Source: an uncultured Myxococcales bacterium
GTDB taxonomy: Bacteria; Myxococcota_A; UBA9042
Direction: 5' to 3'
NCBI GenBank assembly: GCA_903842345.1
Contig: CAIMLR010000039.1
Coordinates: 140,268-204,267 of the forward strand
Length of the DNA stretch: 64,000 nucleotides
The position numbers were made by a program, and so were the translations under genes. Below the pieces are notes generated by a model that did no database searches, was not told the origin of the DNA, and saw only the letters and a program-made list of their open reading frames with translations. The first letter of the stretch is position 1. Each line of letters begins with the position of its first letter. Below are positions 29,993-39,511 of the stretch, piece after piece.

Positions 29993-31555
29993 ATGACAGC
30001 GACCACGCTTCAGACCAAAAGCCAGAAGCACGATCTGCTGCCCAAAGGCAAACAGGTTGATCTGACGAAGATTTCCAGCCCCGGCCGCTGGAAGCCTGAG
30101 TTTGCGGTGCCGTTCAACCAGCGGCAGCTCGGCACGAAGATTCTGATTTCCAACGACATGGGCGATTGGGACCTGCTGACGCAGGACGAATTCCGCGACT
30201 TCATCGAGGGCAAGCCGCTGCCGGGCGAGCCGCTGTACGAGAAGCTCAAGGCGCGCAATTTCATCGCCAAGGAAATCAACGTCGCGGAGCAGGCGGAGCG
30301 CTGGAAACGCAAGAAGCAGTACCTGTTCTACGGCCCGACGCTGCACGCGTTTGTGCTGACGCATCGCTGCAACCACGGTTGCCAGTACTGCCACAGCTCG
30401 ATCGTGGGCATGGACCGCAAAGACACGGACATGTCGATCGAGACGGCGGAGCGCGCGGTTGACCTCGTGTTCCAGACGACGAGCCCGGGCATCACCATCG
30501 AGTTCCAGGGCGGCGAGCCGACCGCGAACTGGGAAGTCCTGCAGCACATCGTCGAGTACGCGCGGCAGAAGAACGCGCTGGCCAACAAGGCGCTGTCGTT
30601 CGCCCTGGTGACGAATCTGTCGCTGATGGACGACGAGAAGATGGAGTACCTGCTCGATCGCAAAGTGCAGATCTGCACGAGCCTCGACGGTCCCGCGGAT
30701 TTGCACAACAAGATCCGCATCTTCAAGGACGGCAACAGTCAGGAAACCCTGATGTACTGGATGAAGCGGATCAACGCGCGCTACGGCGAGCTTGGCCTCG
30801 ACACCAACCTGTACCGCGTGGAAGCGCTGCCGACGATCACCAAGCCGAGCCTGCATCGGTGGAAGGAAATCGTCGACACGTACGTGGAAGCCGGCTGCAA
30901 GGCGGTGTTCCTGCGCAAGCTCGACCCGTTCGGATTTGCGGAGCGCACGGCCAAGACGTTGGGCTACTCGATGGACGACTTCCTCGAGTTCTACGCCCAC
31001 GCCGTGGACTACATCATCGAACTGAACCGCAACGGCACGCAGGTGATGGAGCGGCACGCGTCGATCATGCTGAACAAGATCCTCGCGGATCAGGAGCCCA
31101 ACTACCTGGACTTGCGGACGCCCGGTGGCGCGTGCATCGGCCAGCTGGGCTACGCGCCGGACGGCAACGTCTACTCGAGCGATGAAGGCCGCTTCGTCGC
31201 CGCGATGGGCGATGAGATGTTCAAGATCGGCACGGTCGACGACACGTACCACCACCTGATGACCAACGCGCAGACCCGCGCGATGGTGATGGCGGGCTTG
31301 AACGACGCGCAGCCGGATTGCGTGAGCTGCGTGTACAAGCCGTGGTGCGGCCAGCAGGTCGAGTACAACTACAAGACCCAGGGCTCGCTGCACGGCCACA
31401 TGCGGGATTCCGTGTGGTGCAAGAAGCACAAGTCGATCTTCGACTACCTGATGTACAAGCTGGAAAACGCCGACGAGAAGGACATGGAAATGTTCCGCCG
31501 TTGGACGACGAACCGGCAGCTTGAGCACTTCCTGCAGGAACGCGCCCCGCTGTGA
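29993..31555 (+). CDS. hxsB: His-Xaa-Ser system radical SAM maturase HxsB
   Basis: LHAFVLTHRCNHGCQYCH, IEFQGGEP, DLRTPGGACIGQLGY..DGNVYSSDEGR, and SPASM-like CVSCVYKPWCG...WC. Confidence 0.88.
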   Translation: MTATTLQTKSQKHDLLPKGKQVDLTKISSPGRWKPEFAVPFNQRQLGTKILISNDMGDWDLLTQDEFRDFIEGKPLPGEPLYEKLKARNFIAKEINVAEQAERWKRKKQYLFYGPTLHAFVLTHRCNHGCQYCHSSIVGMDRKDTDMSIETAERAVDLVFQTTSPGITIEFQGGEPTANWEVLQHIVEYARQKNALANKALSFALVTNLSLMDDEKMEYLLDRKVQICTSLDGPADLHNKIRIFKDGNSQETLMYWMKRINARYGELGLDTNLYRVEALPTITKPSLHRWKEIVDTYVEAGCKAVFLRKLDPFGFAERTAKTLGYSMDDFLEFYAHAVDYIIELNRNGTQVMERHASIMLNKILADQEPNYLDLRTPGGACIGQLGYAPDGNVYSSDEGRFVAAMGDEMFKIGTVDDTYHHLMTNAQTRAMVMAGLNDAQPDCVSCVYKPWCGQQVEYNYKTQGSLHGHMRDSVWCKKHKSIFDYLMYKLENADEKDMEMFRRWTTNRQLEHFLQERAPL

Positions 31556-31629
31556 ACCCGTCGCGCGCGCTGGTGCGTTGGCGGCTGTTTTGGGGCGCAT
31601 CCGGCCGAAGCGGCCGGACCGGGCTCTAG

Positions 31630-31660
31630 TCCGGGTGGGGTGCTGACGCACGCACCCGGA
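31630..31660. terminator. Stem-loop after hxsB
   Basis: tccgggtg...cacccgga with an inner gtgc/gcac stem; no U tract. Confidence 0.35.
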
Positions 31661-31755
31661 CCGGAGACTCGCTGCGCGAGCCTCCGCGCATTCGCGTGAC
31701 GATCCCTCGCGCAGGGCGCGGGTGACGTCGCGGTGAGCGCCACGCCCTTGGCCGC

Positions 31756-32841
31756 GTGCCCTGCTCCACGGAGGACGCCTTGCTGCTCGGCGCAAAACAC
31801 CCAGGCATCCATATCCTCGGCTCCTGGCGCGGGCTCTCCGTCCACGCGCTCGGTTTTGGCCGCGTCTGGGCAAGTCGCGGCGGGCGCCTGTACACGCGCG
31901 CGCTCGCCGGTGGCCCGTGGCAGCTGCAGGATCGCCTGCCTGAACCGGCGTGGCAGCGTTTGCTCGGCCGGTCGGCGTTTGTCGGTCAGGCGCTCCGGAT
32001 CGGCATTCACGGCGTGCTGCCGCTGACCGATCGGGCGCAGCTTGTGGTCGCGACCGGGCGGCTGTGGCGCGTTGAGGATGGCCGTTGGCACGAGGCGTTG
32101 CCGTTTGACTTCCGCAAGCCCGCGCGACTGGGCGTCCTTCGCAGCGCGGAAGGCCAAGTCTATTGCGCCGAGTACACGCTCAATCCGCGCCGCGACCGCG
32201 CCATCCGCCTCTGGCGCTCTGACGATGGCGCCCGCAGCTTCCAGCAAGTCTTCGCGTTTGCCGCGGGTCAGGTCCGCCACATCCACTTCATCCAGCAGGA
32301 TCCGGTGGACGGCTCGCTGTGGCTCGGCACGGGCGATCGCGACGCCGAAAGCGCGATCTGGCGCTCCACGGATCGCGCCGCGAGCTGGCAAGTCATCGGC
32401 GGCGGCAACCAGTCCTGGCGGGCCATCGGCGTGGCGTTCCTGCCCGACGCGGTCATCTGGGGCACCGACGCCGGCAGCGACGCCGGGCGATTCCAGAACG
32501 TCGCGTTGCGCTGGGACCGCCAGACGCGCGCGTTGACGACCCTCGGGCGCCTGCAGGGCCCCGTGCACGGCATCACCGCGCTGGCGGACGGCGGCGTGCT
32601 CTTGTCGACCGGCTGCGAAGGCGGCGTCAACGAGACCGACCGCCGCGTGCACCTCTGGGCCATCCACAGCGGTAAAGGTCCGCAGGAAATCGCCAGCTTT
32701 GCCGCAGGTCTGCAACCCAAACGCGCGCAGTACCCCGTGCTGCACTGCGCCCAAGGGCAAGAGCAAAGCGACCACGTCTGGCTCGTCGGCCGCGGTCTGT
32801 TGGCCAGTCCGCTTGTGGCGCTGGAAATCGCGGTCCGCTGA
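31756..32841 (+). CDS. BNR/Asp-box beta-propeller protein (start uncertain)
   Basis: WRSDDGARSF and WRSTDRAASW Asp-boxes; RHIHFIQQDP..LWLGTGD. Confidence 0.7.
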   Translation: MPCSTEDALLLGAKHPGIHILGSWRGLSVHALGFGRVWASRGGRLYTRALAGGPWQLQDRLPEPAWQRLLGRSAFVGQALRIGIHGVLPLTDRAQLVVATGRLWRVEDGRWHEALPFDFRKPARLGVLRSAEGQVYCAEYTLNPRRDRAIRLWRSDDGARSFQQVFAFAAGQVRHIHFIQQDPVDGSLWLGTGDRDAESAIWRSTDRAASWQVIGGGNQSWRAIGVAFLPDAVIWGTDAGSDAGRFQNVALRWDRQTRALTTLGRLQGPVHGITALADGGVLLSTGCEGGVNETDRRVHLWAIHSGKGPQEIASFAAGLQPKRAQYPVLHCAQGQEQSDHVWLVGRGLLASPLVALEIAVR

Positions 32842-32889
32842 ACTTCGCGCGCTGGCACAGATGTGTCACACTCGGCGCGGAGGTGTCCT

Positions 32890-34206
32890 GTGGCTTATCG
32901 CGCTGTTGAGATCATTGCCCGCAAACGGGACGGCCACGTGCTGGACGGCGACGAGATCCGCTGGCTCATCGCCGGATTCACCGACGGCAGCGTGCCCGAC
33001 TACCAAATGGCGGCATTTGCCATGGCCGTCTACTGGCGCGGCATGACGCCGCAGGAGACCGCCGCGCTCCTGGACGCGATGGAACGCTCGGGCGACGTCG
33101 TGCGCTGGCCGAACCTGCCATGGCCGACCGCGGACAAGCACTCGACCGGCGGCGTGGGCGACAAAGTGTCGATTCCGCTCGCCCCCGCCGTGGCCGCATG
33201 CGGCGTCGCGGTGCCGATGATTTCCGGCCGCGGCCTGGGCCATACCGGCGGGACGCTCGACAAGCTGGAGTCCATTCCGGGCTTCAACGTGCGCCTCGAC
33301 CTCGCGGCGTTTGACGCGATGGTGCGGCAAATCGGTGTCAGCCTGATTGGCCAAACGGATCGCCTCGTGCCGGCCGACAAGAAGCTCTACGCGCTGCGCG
33401 ACGTGACCGCGACGGTGGAGAGCATTCCGCTGATCACGGCGTCGATCCTGTCCAAGAAGCTGGCGGAGGGCGTGGGCGCGCTCGTGATGGACGTGAAGGT
33501 CGGCTCCGGCGCGTTCATGAAGAATCGCGAGGCGGCGCTGGCGCTGGCGCAATCGCTCGTCGGTGCCGGAACGGCCGCGGGTCGCAAGGTGACGGCGTTC
33601 CTGACCGCGATGGATCGGCCGCTGGGCACGCACATCGGCAACGCGCTGGAGATCGTCGAGTCCATCGAGATCCTGCGCGGCGGCGGTCCGGCGGATACGC
33701 GCGCGCTGACGGTGCGCCTGGGCGGTGAAATGCTGCGGCTGTGCGGCGTGGCGGCGACGCTGGAAGCGGGCGAGGCGCAAATTGCCGCGGCGCTTGACGA
33801 TGGGCGGGCGCTGGCGAAATTCCGCGAACTCGTGGCCGCGCACGGTGGCGACCCGCGCGTGTGCGATGCGCCCGAGGACGTGCTGCCCAAGGCGCCGTTT
33901 GTCGCGCCGCTGCTGGCGTGGCAGGACGGCATCGTGCAGCAGATGGACGCGTGGCTGATCGGCGTGGCGGCGGTGCACCTCGGCGCGGGTCGCAATACCG
34001 CCGCAGATGCCGTGGATCCAGCGGTCGGCTTTGTGCTGGCCAAAAAGCCCGGTGATGCCGTGCGCGCGGGCGATCCGCTCGTGTACGTGCATGCGCGCAC
34101 GCCGGCGCAGCGGGACACGGCGCTTGAACAACTGCGCGCGGCGATTGCCATCGACAAAGGCGCGCCGACGCTGATGCCGCTTTGGCTGGACGTCGTCACG
34201 GCGTAG
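32890..34206 (+). CDS. deoA: Thymidine/pyrimidine-nucleoside phosphorylase
   Basis: GTG after GGAGGT. DKHSTGGVGDK, SGRGLGHTGGTLDKLE, SILSKKLAEG, DVKVGSGAFMK. Confidence 0.95.
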   Translation: MAYRAVEIIARKRDGHVLDGDEIRWLIAGFTDGSVPDYQMAAFAMAVYWRGMTPQETAALLDAMERSGDVVRWPNLPWPTADKHSTGGVGDKVSIPLAPAVAACGVAVPMISGRGLGHTGGTLDKLESIPGFNVRLDLAAFDAMVRQIGVSLIGQTDRLVPADKKLYALRDVTATVESIPLITASILSKKLAEGVGALVMDVKVGSGAFMKNREAALALAQSLVGAGTAAGRKVTAFLTAMDRPLGTHIGNALEIVESIEILRGGGPADTRALTVRLGGEMLRLCGVAATLEAGEAQIAAALDDGRALAKFRELVAAHGGDPRVCDAPEDVLPKAPFVAPLLAWQDGIVQQMDAWLIGVAAVHLGAGRNTAADAVDPAVGFVLAKKPGDAVRAGDPLVYVHARTPAQRDTALEQLRAAIAIDKGAPTLMPLWLDVVTA

Positions 34207-34218
34207 GAGGGGGCACGC

Positions 34219-35358
34219 ATGTCTGAAATCAAGCCCTACATCAGCGGCACAGCCATGGCGATCACGGAGCTGCCCGAGCGCATGCAGCCGTTCCTCGCCG
34301 CGACTTCACCCGTCGCGACCCGGCTCCGCGCGGCAGGTGGCGCGCTGCCGCTCACGCCCGATCAGCTGGTGCCCGTGCTGCTCTTCCTGAGTCAGGACGA
34401 GGACGAGATGGTCCGCAAGAAAGCCGCCACCGCGCTGCAGGAGATGCCGCCCGACCTCGTGCATCCGGTGCTGACGCACCTCCGGTCGGCCGCCGCGCTC
34501 GATGCCGCCGCGCGCGTCTTTCACAAGCACGACCGGGTCGCGCGCGAACTGGCGATGCACAACACCATTGCCGACGATACCGTGCGCTGGCTGGCCGGCA
34601 CGGCGTCAGCGGAAGTCTGTGAAGCGATTGGCCGCAACCAGGTGCGCGCGCTGCGCTCCCCGGCGATCATCGAGGCGCTCTGGCTCAATCCGCGCGCTGC
34701 ACAAGGCGTCGTGCAGAACCTGCTTGAACTCGGCGTGCGCCAGAACCTGCCACTGGAACACATCTCGGGCTTTCGCGAGATGAAGGCGATCCTGTCAGGC
34801 GAGGACGCCGACGCGCCGCACGAGAAGGGTCTGAATGACAACGAATTCGCCCTGGCGATGGCGTGGGCGACGCAGAGCTACGAGCGCGAACACGGCTCGA
34901 CGACGCAGGCGCTGACGCCGGAGGAAGCCAAGACCGAGGACGACAAGACGTCGACGCTGCAGTCGCTCATCACCAAGATGTCGGTGTCGCAGAAAGTGCG
35001 GCTGGCGATGGTGGGCGACGCCAACGTGCGCAAGCTGCTGATCCGCGATCCCAAGAAGCTCGTGGCGCTCGCGGTGCTGCGTTCGCCGCGCGTGACGGAG
35101 GGCGAGATCACCAACTTTGCCGCCAACAAGACGCTGTCGGAAGAGCTGTTGACGACGATCTGCCGCAACCGCAACTGGGTCAAGGACTACGCCACGCGCA
35201 AGGCGCTGGTGTTCAACCCCAAGACGCCGCTGGCGTTTTCGATGACGTTCCTGCGCCAGCTCTCGCCCAAGGATTTGAAGGACGCGTCAGGCAGCCGGGA
35301 CGTCAATCAGACCGTCGCGCGCACCGCCAAGCGGATGATTTCTGAGCGACAGGGCTAG
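34219..35358 (+). CDS. Conserved helical-repeat hypothetical protein
   Basis: Strong RBS AGGAGG; all-helical, with KVRLAMVG...RKLLIRDP and LVFNPKTP; codon usage typical of the window. Confidence 0.75.
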   Translation: MSEIKPYISGTAMAITELPERMQPFLAATSPVATRLRAAGGALPLTPDQLVPVLLFLSQDEDEMVRKKAATALQEMPPDLVHPVLTHLRSAAALDAAARVFHKHDRVARELAMHNTIADDTVRWLAGTASAEVCEAIGRNQVRALRSPAIIEALWLNPRAAQGVVQNLLELGVRQNLPLEHISGFREMKAILSGEDADAPHEKGLNDNEFALAMAWATQSYEREHGSTTQALTPEEAKTEDDKTSTLQSLITKMSVSQKVRLAMVGDANVRKLLIRDPKKLVALAVLRSPRVTEGEITNFAANKTLSEELLTTICRNRNWVKDYATRKALVFNPKTPLAFSMTFLRQLSPKDLKDASGSRDVNQTVARTAKRMISERQG

Positions 35359-35361
35359 TTC

Positions 35362-36999
35362 TCAGTTCCTGTCCAGCTCGCCAGCCGTCACCGCTTCCAG
35401 GATCACGTCGGAAAGCAGCGCGGTTTCGCCGCACGCCGCCTTGTCGTCCGCCTTGAAGGGCTTGCCATCCAGGCACTGGCGATCGCCAAACTGCAGCGGC
35501 AGATAGCTGCTGCCGCCGCGCGCGAGGTAATCCAGCGTCGCGATCGTGTACTTCATGGTCGGCACCAGCGGCTGCCCGCCGACCGTGATGTCCTGGGCGC
35601 GCTCGCCGCGCAGTTCAATCGCGACCGGCTTGTTGTCGACGTATTTGTAGCGCGCCGCCGTCCGCGCCACGTCGCACCGCATCTGCACGCCCCAGACGAT
35701 GCTGTTGGCGCCATGCTCCTGGTTCTGCGCGTGCCCGCAGGCGTGTTCCAGCACGTCGCGCAGGTGCTCACCGGTCAACGTCACCAACACCACGCGGTTG
35801 CGGAACGGGTGAATCGCCGAAACTTCCAGGTTCGTGACCAGTCCCGGCGGATAGATCGTGTGGCTGCGGAAGCCGCCGGTATTCAACAAGCCGCCGTCGA
35901 CGTGGTGCTTGCTGATGCGTTCGGCGTACTGCGCCACCGCCCGCGTGGCGCGAACGGCATACTGCGAATGCGCAATGTCCATCACGTCCCAGGCAAATTC
36001 GCGCTTGCCGATGACCTTCTCCGGCACCAGTTCGGCCAGCAGCTTGTCCGTCTGGGCGACGATAGCCGCGTCCGGCGCGTGCTGCTGCGGCATCTCCAGC
36101 GCGTAGGTCGTCGCGTCGGCCAGATGGCCCGCCGCGTCCACCGCCAGGTCGATCCGTCCCAGCCGCTCAAAACGCGCGCCCGTCTGGGTGATCCACGTCG
36201 GACCCACGCGGATCGCGTGTTCCAGCTTGGTGTGGGAATGGCCGCCGACGATCACGTCGATGCCCGACACGTCCACGGCCAGCTGCTTGTCGTCGTCCAC
36301 GCCGAGGTGGGACAGCAGGACGATGGTCTCCGCACCCTGCTGCCGCAGCCCGGCGATCGCCGCCTTGGCGCTCTCCTCCAGTGGCTTGAGCTTGACGTCG
36401 CCGAGATCGGAGATCGTCCGCGTGCTCGGCGTCAGCAGGCCAAACAGGCCGATCTTGATGCCGCCGCAATCGGCGATCGCCGTCGCGCCAAACAGGCCAT
36501 CGGCGTGACCCGGCTCCGCTGGCTCAAGCGCGGTTCCAGCGCCATCGACGTTGGCCGCCAGCAACCGGAACTGGTGCAAACCCTGCAGTGCGCGCCGCAC
36601 AACTTTCGGGCCATTGTCGAACTCGTGATTGCCGAGCGCGCCAAAATCGTAGCCCGCCGCCTCGTAGACCGGCCAGTTGTCCGCCGCCGCCCGCGCGCGA
36701 TCGCCGTCCTGCCGTTCCAGGAACCGGCCCTGCAGCATGTCCCCGCCTTCCAGCAGCAGCACGCCGCCCGGGTGCGCCAACAGCGCTGCCTTCTTGGCCG
36801 CAGCGATGCGGGCCAGCGGATACGTGTAGGTCAGCTTGCCATCGGCCCCGCGCACGGCGCCGTCAAAGTTGGACTCGCTGTCATTGGTCGTGAGCAACAG
36901 GCAGCGCCGTACGGCCGGCGCAGTCGACGCCGCGGCCGGCACTTGGGGCGCGCTGCACGCCAGCGGGAACAAGACGAGAAACAGCCAAGCATGTCGCAT
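35362..36999 (-). CDS. Bifunctional metallophosphatase/5'-nucleotidase lipoprotein
   Basis: PLA-C lipobox; GGDMLQG, GNHEFDNG, LSHLG, GGHSH, N.GGFR, HPF.N, DYLARGG. Confidence 0.9.
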   Translation of the reverse strand: MRHAWLFLVLFPLACSAPQVPAAASTAPAVRRCLLLTTNDSESNFDGAVRGADGKLTYTYPLARIAAAKKAALLAHPGGVLLLEGGDMLQGRFLERQDGDRARAAADNWPVYEAAGYDFGALGNHEFDNGPKVVRRALQGLHQFRLLAANVDGAGTALEPAEPGHADGLFGATAIADCGGIKIGLFGLLTPSTRTISDLGDVKLKPLEESAKAAIAGLRQQGAETIVLLSHLGVDDDKQLAVDVSGIDVIVGGHSHTKLEHAIRVGPTWITQTGARFERLGRIDLAVDAAGHLADATTYALEMPQQHAPDAAIVAQTDKLLAELVPEKVIGKREFAWDVMDIAHSQYAVRATRAVAQYAERISKHHVDGGLLNTGGFRSHTIYPPGLVTNLEVSAIHPFRNRVVLVTLTGEHLRDVLEHACGHAQNQEHGANSIVWGVQMRCDVARTAARYKYVDNKPVAIELRGERAQDITVGGQPLVPTMKYTIATLDYLARGGSSYLPLQFGDRQCLDGKPFKADDKAACGETALLSDVILEAVTAGELDRN

Positions 37000-37002
37000 G
37001 AA

Positions 37003-37704
37003 TTACCCTTTTTGCCGCGCTTCTGGACCGAGTCCAGCCTTCTTGCGGGCCTCCAACAGCCGCGCCAGGTCGGCGGCGGGCAGCGTCGTCAGGCGGCCAA
37101 TCTGCATCGCGCGCAGCTGGATCGCCGCGAGGTGCTCCAGCAGTTCAGCGCGCAGGTACGCCTGCTCCAGATCGTCGCCCCATGCCAGCACGCCGTGATT
37201 GCCAAGCGTCAGCGCGTCAAACTTCAGCGCGGCCTGGGTCAGCTGGCCAATCTGCTCAGCGCTCTGCGGAAACGCATACGGCAGCAGCGGAATCTCCACG
37301 CCCAGGGAGACCACGGCTTCCGCCAGCATCCGCGGCTCGATCGCCACGCCCGCCACCGCCAGCGCGGTCGCGTTGGGCGCGTGCGTGTGCACAACCGCGC
37401 GCACGTCCGGCCGCGCCGCGTACACCGCCCGGTGCAGCTTCAGTTCAGAAAACGCCTTGCGCCCGCCTTGCAGCACGCGGTCGCGGGCGTCCAGCACAAT
37501 CAGGTCGCTCTCCGTCAGCACGCGCTTGGACAGCGCGGTCGGCGTCGCCAGCAGGTGCTCCCCGGGCAGCCGCAGGGTCACATTGCCGTCGTGATTGGCC
37601 ACCCAGCCGCGCGCATGGAGCTCCTGGGCGATTGCCAGCAGTTGCCGACGGGCCTGCGCCAGCGTCGGTTCACCCAGATGCAGCCGGTGCAGGGTCGTCG
37701 CCAT
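37003..37704 (-). CDS. Class II aldolase/adducin family protein
   Basis: DGNVTLR, TPT..SK, FSELKLH..VY, VVHTH, NHGVLAWG. Confidence 0.92.
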   Translation of the reverse strand: MATTLHRLHLGEPTLAQARRQLLAIAQELHARGWVANHDGNVTLRLPGEHLLATPTALSKRVLTESDLIVLDARDRVLQGGRKAFSELKLHRAVYAARPDVRAVVHTHAPNATALAVAGVAIEPRMLAEAVVSLGVEIPLLPYAFPQSAEQIGQLTQAALKFDALTLGNHGVLAWGDDLEQAYLRAELLEHLAAIQLRAMQIGRLTTLPAADLARLLEARKKAGLGPEARQKG

Positions 37705-37976
37705 CAGTCGATCGTTGAAACGGCGTCGACGACGCCGACGATCAGGCAGCGGACGGGCGATTTGCTGTCGCCGAGCAGTTGGCGGATGCCGTTGCCTTCG
37801 CGGAGGATGACGACCGTGTCCCCGGGGCCAGCTTGCGCGTGATCGACGGCGAGGAAGCTGTCGCCGGAGTCGCTGCCGTCGGCCTCAATCGGCTGCACGA
37901 CAAAGAGCGGCAGGCCGCGCAAGCTGGGATGCTTGACGGTCGCGACGACGCTGCCGAGGACGCGCGCGAGGATCAC
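37704..37976 (-). CDS. Bacterial microcompartment vertex protein (EutN/CcmL)
   Basis: [16 protein letters not shown]...[13 protein letters not shown]...IVGVVD. Confidence 0.93.
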   Translation of the reverse strand: MILARVLGSVVATVKHPSLRGLPLFVVQPIEADGSDSGDSFLAVDHAQAGPGDTVVILREGNGIRQLLGDSKSPVRCLIVGVVDAVSTID

Positions 37977-38302
37977 TTTGCGCTCCGTGCAGCCGTCTTG
38001 GGCGCGGCGGTCTTGGGCGCAGCCGCTTTGGGGCGCGCAGGCACGTCGATTTGATCAACGATGGCGATGATCGCCGCGTCGACTGGCACAAACGGATCGG
38101 GCATCGCCAGCGCCGCTTCACGCGACGTCGTCAGGTGCACGCAATCGCCGGGGCCCGCTTGGGTCGTGTCGGCCGCGCAAAATGGCTTGCCGCGGTCGGC
38201 GCCATGCTCGTCAATCGGCTGCACCATCAGGAGGCGAATACCCTCCAGCCCCGGCGTTTTCCGGGTGGCGACGACATTGCCGATGACGCGCGCAAGCAGC
38301 AT
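37973..38302 (-). CDS. Bacterial microcompartment vertex protein (EutN/CcmL) with basic tail
   Basis: [15 protein letters not shown]...[11 protein letters not shown]...[11 protein letters not shown], followed by [15 protein letters not shown]. Confidence 0.93.
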   Translation of the reverse strand: MLLARVIGNVVATRKTPGLEGIRLLMVQPIDEHGADRGKPFCAADTTQAGPGDCVHLTTSREAALAMPDPFVPVDAAIIAIVDQIDVPARPKAAAPKTAAPKTAARSAK

Positions 38303-38365
38303 AGGCACACTGTCGCACGCGCGCGGGCTGTCGACAAGACCTTGCCCCCGCCGCAAAGGACCGCG

Positions 38366-39508
38366 ATGCTACAGCGTGAAGACATTCATCAGGAAATTCA
38401 GGATCTGCAGGAGAGGCTGCCGCCGCCGCAGCGCCGGGGTCGGCTGGTGCCGTATCGGCGGCGGGGCGTGATGGCGATTCCGGCATTCAAGATGCGCGCG
38501 GGCGGCGATCCGGCGACCGACGGCCGCGCGCAGTCGTGGAAGTTGCTGCACAAAGCGACGCAGACGGCGGCGGATTGCTTTTTCTACGACCTGGAGGACG
38601 CAGCGCCAGACCATCCCGAGTTCAAGGCGTACGCCCGGCAGTTTTGCGCGGAGGCGTTGCAGCAGTTCGATTTTGCCCAGCGCATCGTGGCGTTCCGGCC
38701 CAATGACGTGCGGTCGCGCTATTTTGAGGACGATTTGGTCGACGTGCTGACGGCGGCGGGTCACAGGCTCCATGCGCTTGTCATCGCCAAGACGGAGGAT
38801 GCCGACGAAATCGCGGCGATCGCCCGGCTGGTGGCGCAGATCCAGCGGCATGCCGGCCACGACAATCGGCCGATGCTGGAAGTGCTGATCGAGAGCCCGC
38901 GGGCTTTTGCCCAGGCGCAGCAGATCGCGGCGATTCCGAGCGTGGCGTCGCTGACGTTTGGCGCGTGGGATTTTGCCCGGATGGTCGGCGGGGAAGTGCG
39001 CGCCCAGTCGTGGACGGCGGATCTGGCGGCGGTGCGGCAGCTGCTGCCGGTGATCGCTGCAAGCGAAGGCAAGGACGCGGTGGACGCGGTGACCGCCATG
39101 CTGCCGATCCGGCCGACGGGACAGCCGGGGACGCCCGAGCACAGCGCACAGGTGCAGGCGCGCGCGGAGGCGCTGGCGCTGGCGGCGCGTGACGCCGAAA
39201 ACGCCAAGGTGCTGGGCTTCGCCGGCAAGTGGGTGCTGCACCCGGATCAAGTAGCGCCGATTCAGGACGCGTGGCTGCCGACGCGGGCGCGCGCGCTGGC
39301 GGCGCTGACGCTGGCGGTGCAGTACGCGCGGGCCGCCCAGACGGGCTCTGGCGCCGAGTTGACCGGGACGCAGCTCGCCGATCGCGCGGTGATCGGCGCG
39401 GATTGGTGGCTCGTCGAAAATGCCCTTACAGGCGGCGTGCTGACGGCGGCGGAATGTGAGGCGCCAGGCGTCGCGTTGGCGGCGCTGCGGGCGATCGCGG
39501 GCGCGTGA
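38366..39508 (+). CDS. HpcH/HpaI aldolase / citrate lyase beta (CitE, malyl-CoA lyase) family
   Basis: DLEDA, FRPN, LIESP, FGAWD, GFAGKWVLHPDQV. Confidence 0.82.
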   Translation: MLQREDIHQEIQDLQERLPPPQRRGRLVPYRRRGVMAIPAFKMRAGGDPATDGRAQSWKLLHKATQTAADCFFYDLEDAAPDHPEFKAYARQFCAEALQQFDFAQRIVAFRPNDVRSRYFEDDLVDVLTAAGHRLHALVIAKTEDADEIAAIARLVAQIQRHAGHDNRPMLEVLIESPRAFAQAQQIAAIPSVASLTFGAWDFARMVGGEVRAQSWTADLAAVRQLLPVIAASEGKDAVDAVTAMLPIRPTGQPGTPEHSAQVQARAEALALAARDAENAKVLGFAGKWVLHPDQVAPIQDAWLPTRARALAALTLAVQYARAAQTGSGAELTGTQLADRAVIGADWWLVENALTGGVLTAAECEAPGVALAALRAIAGA

Positions 39509-39511
39509 GTC

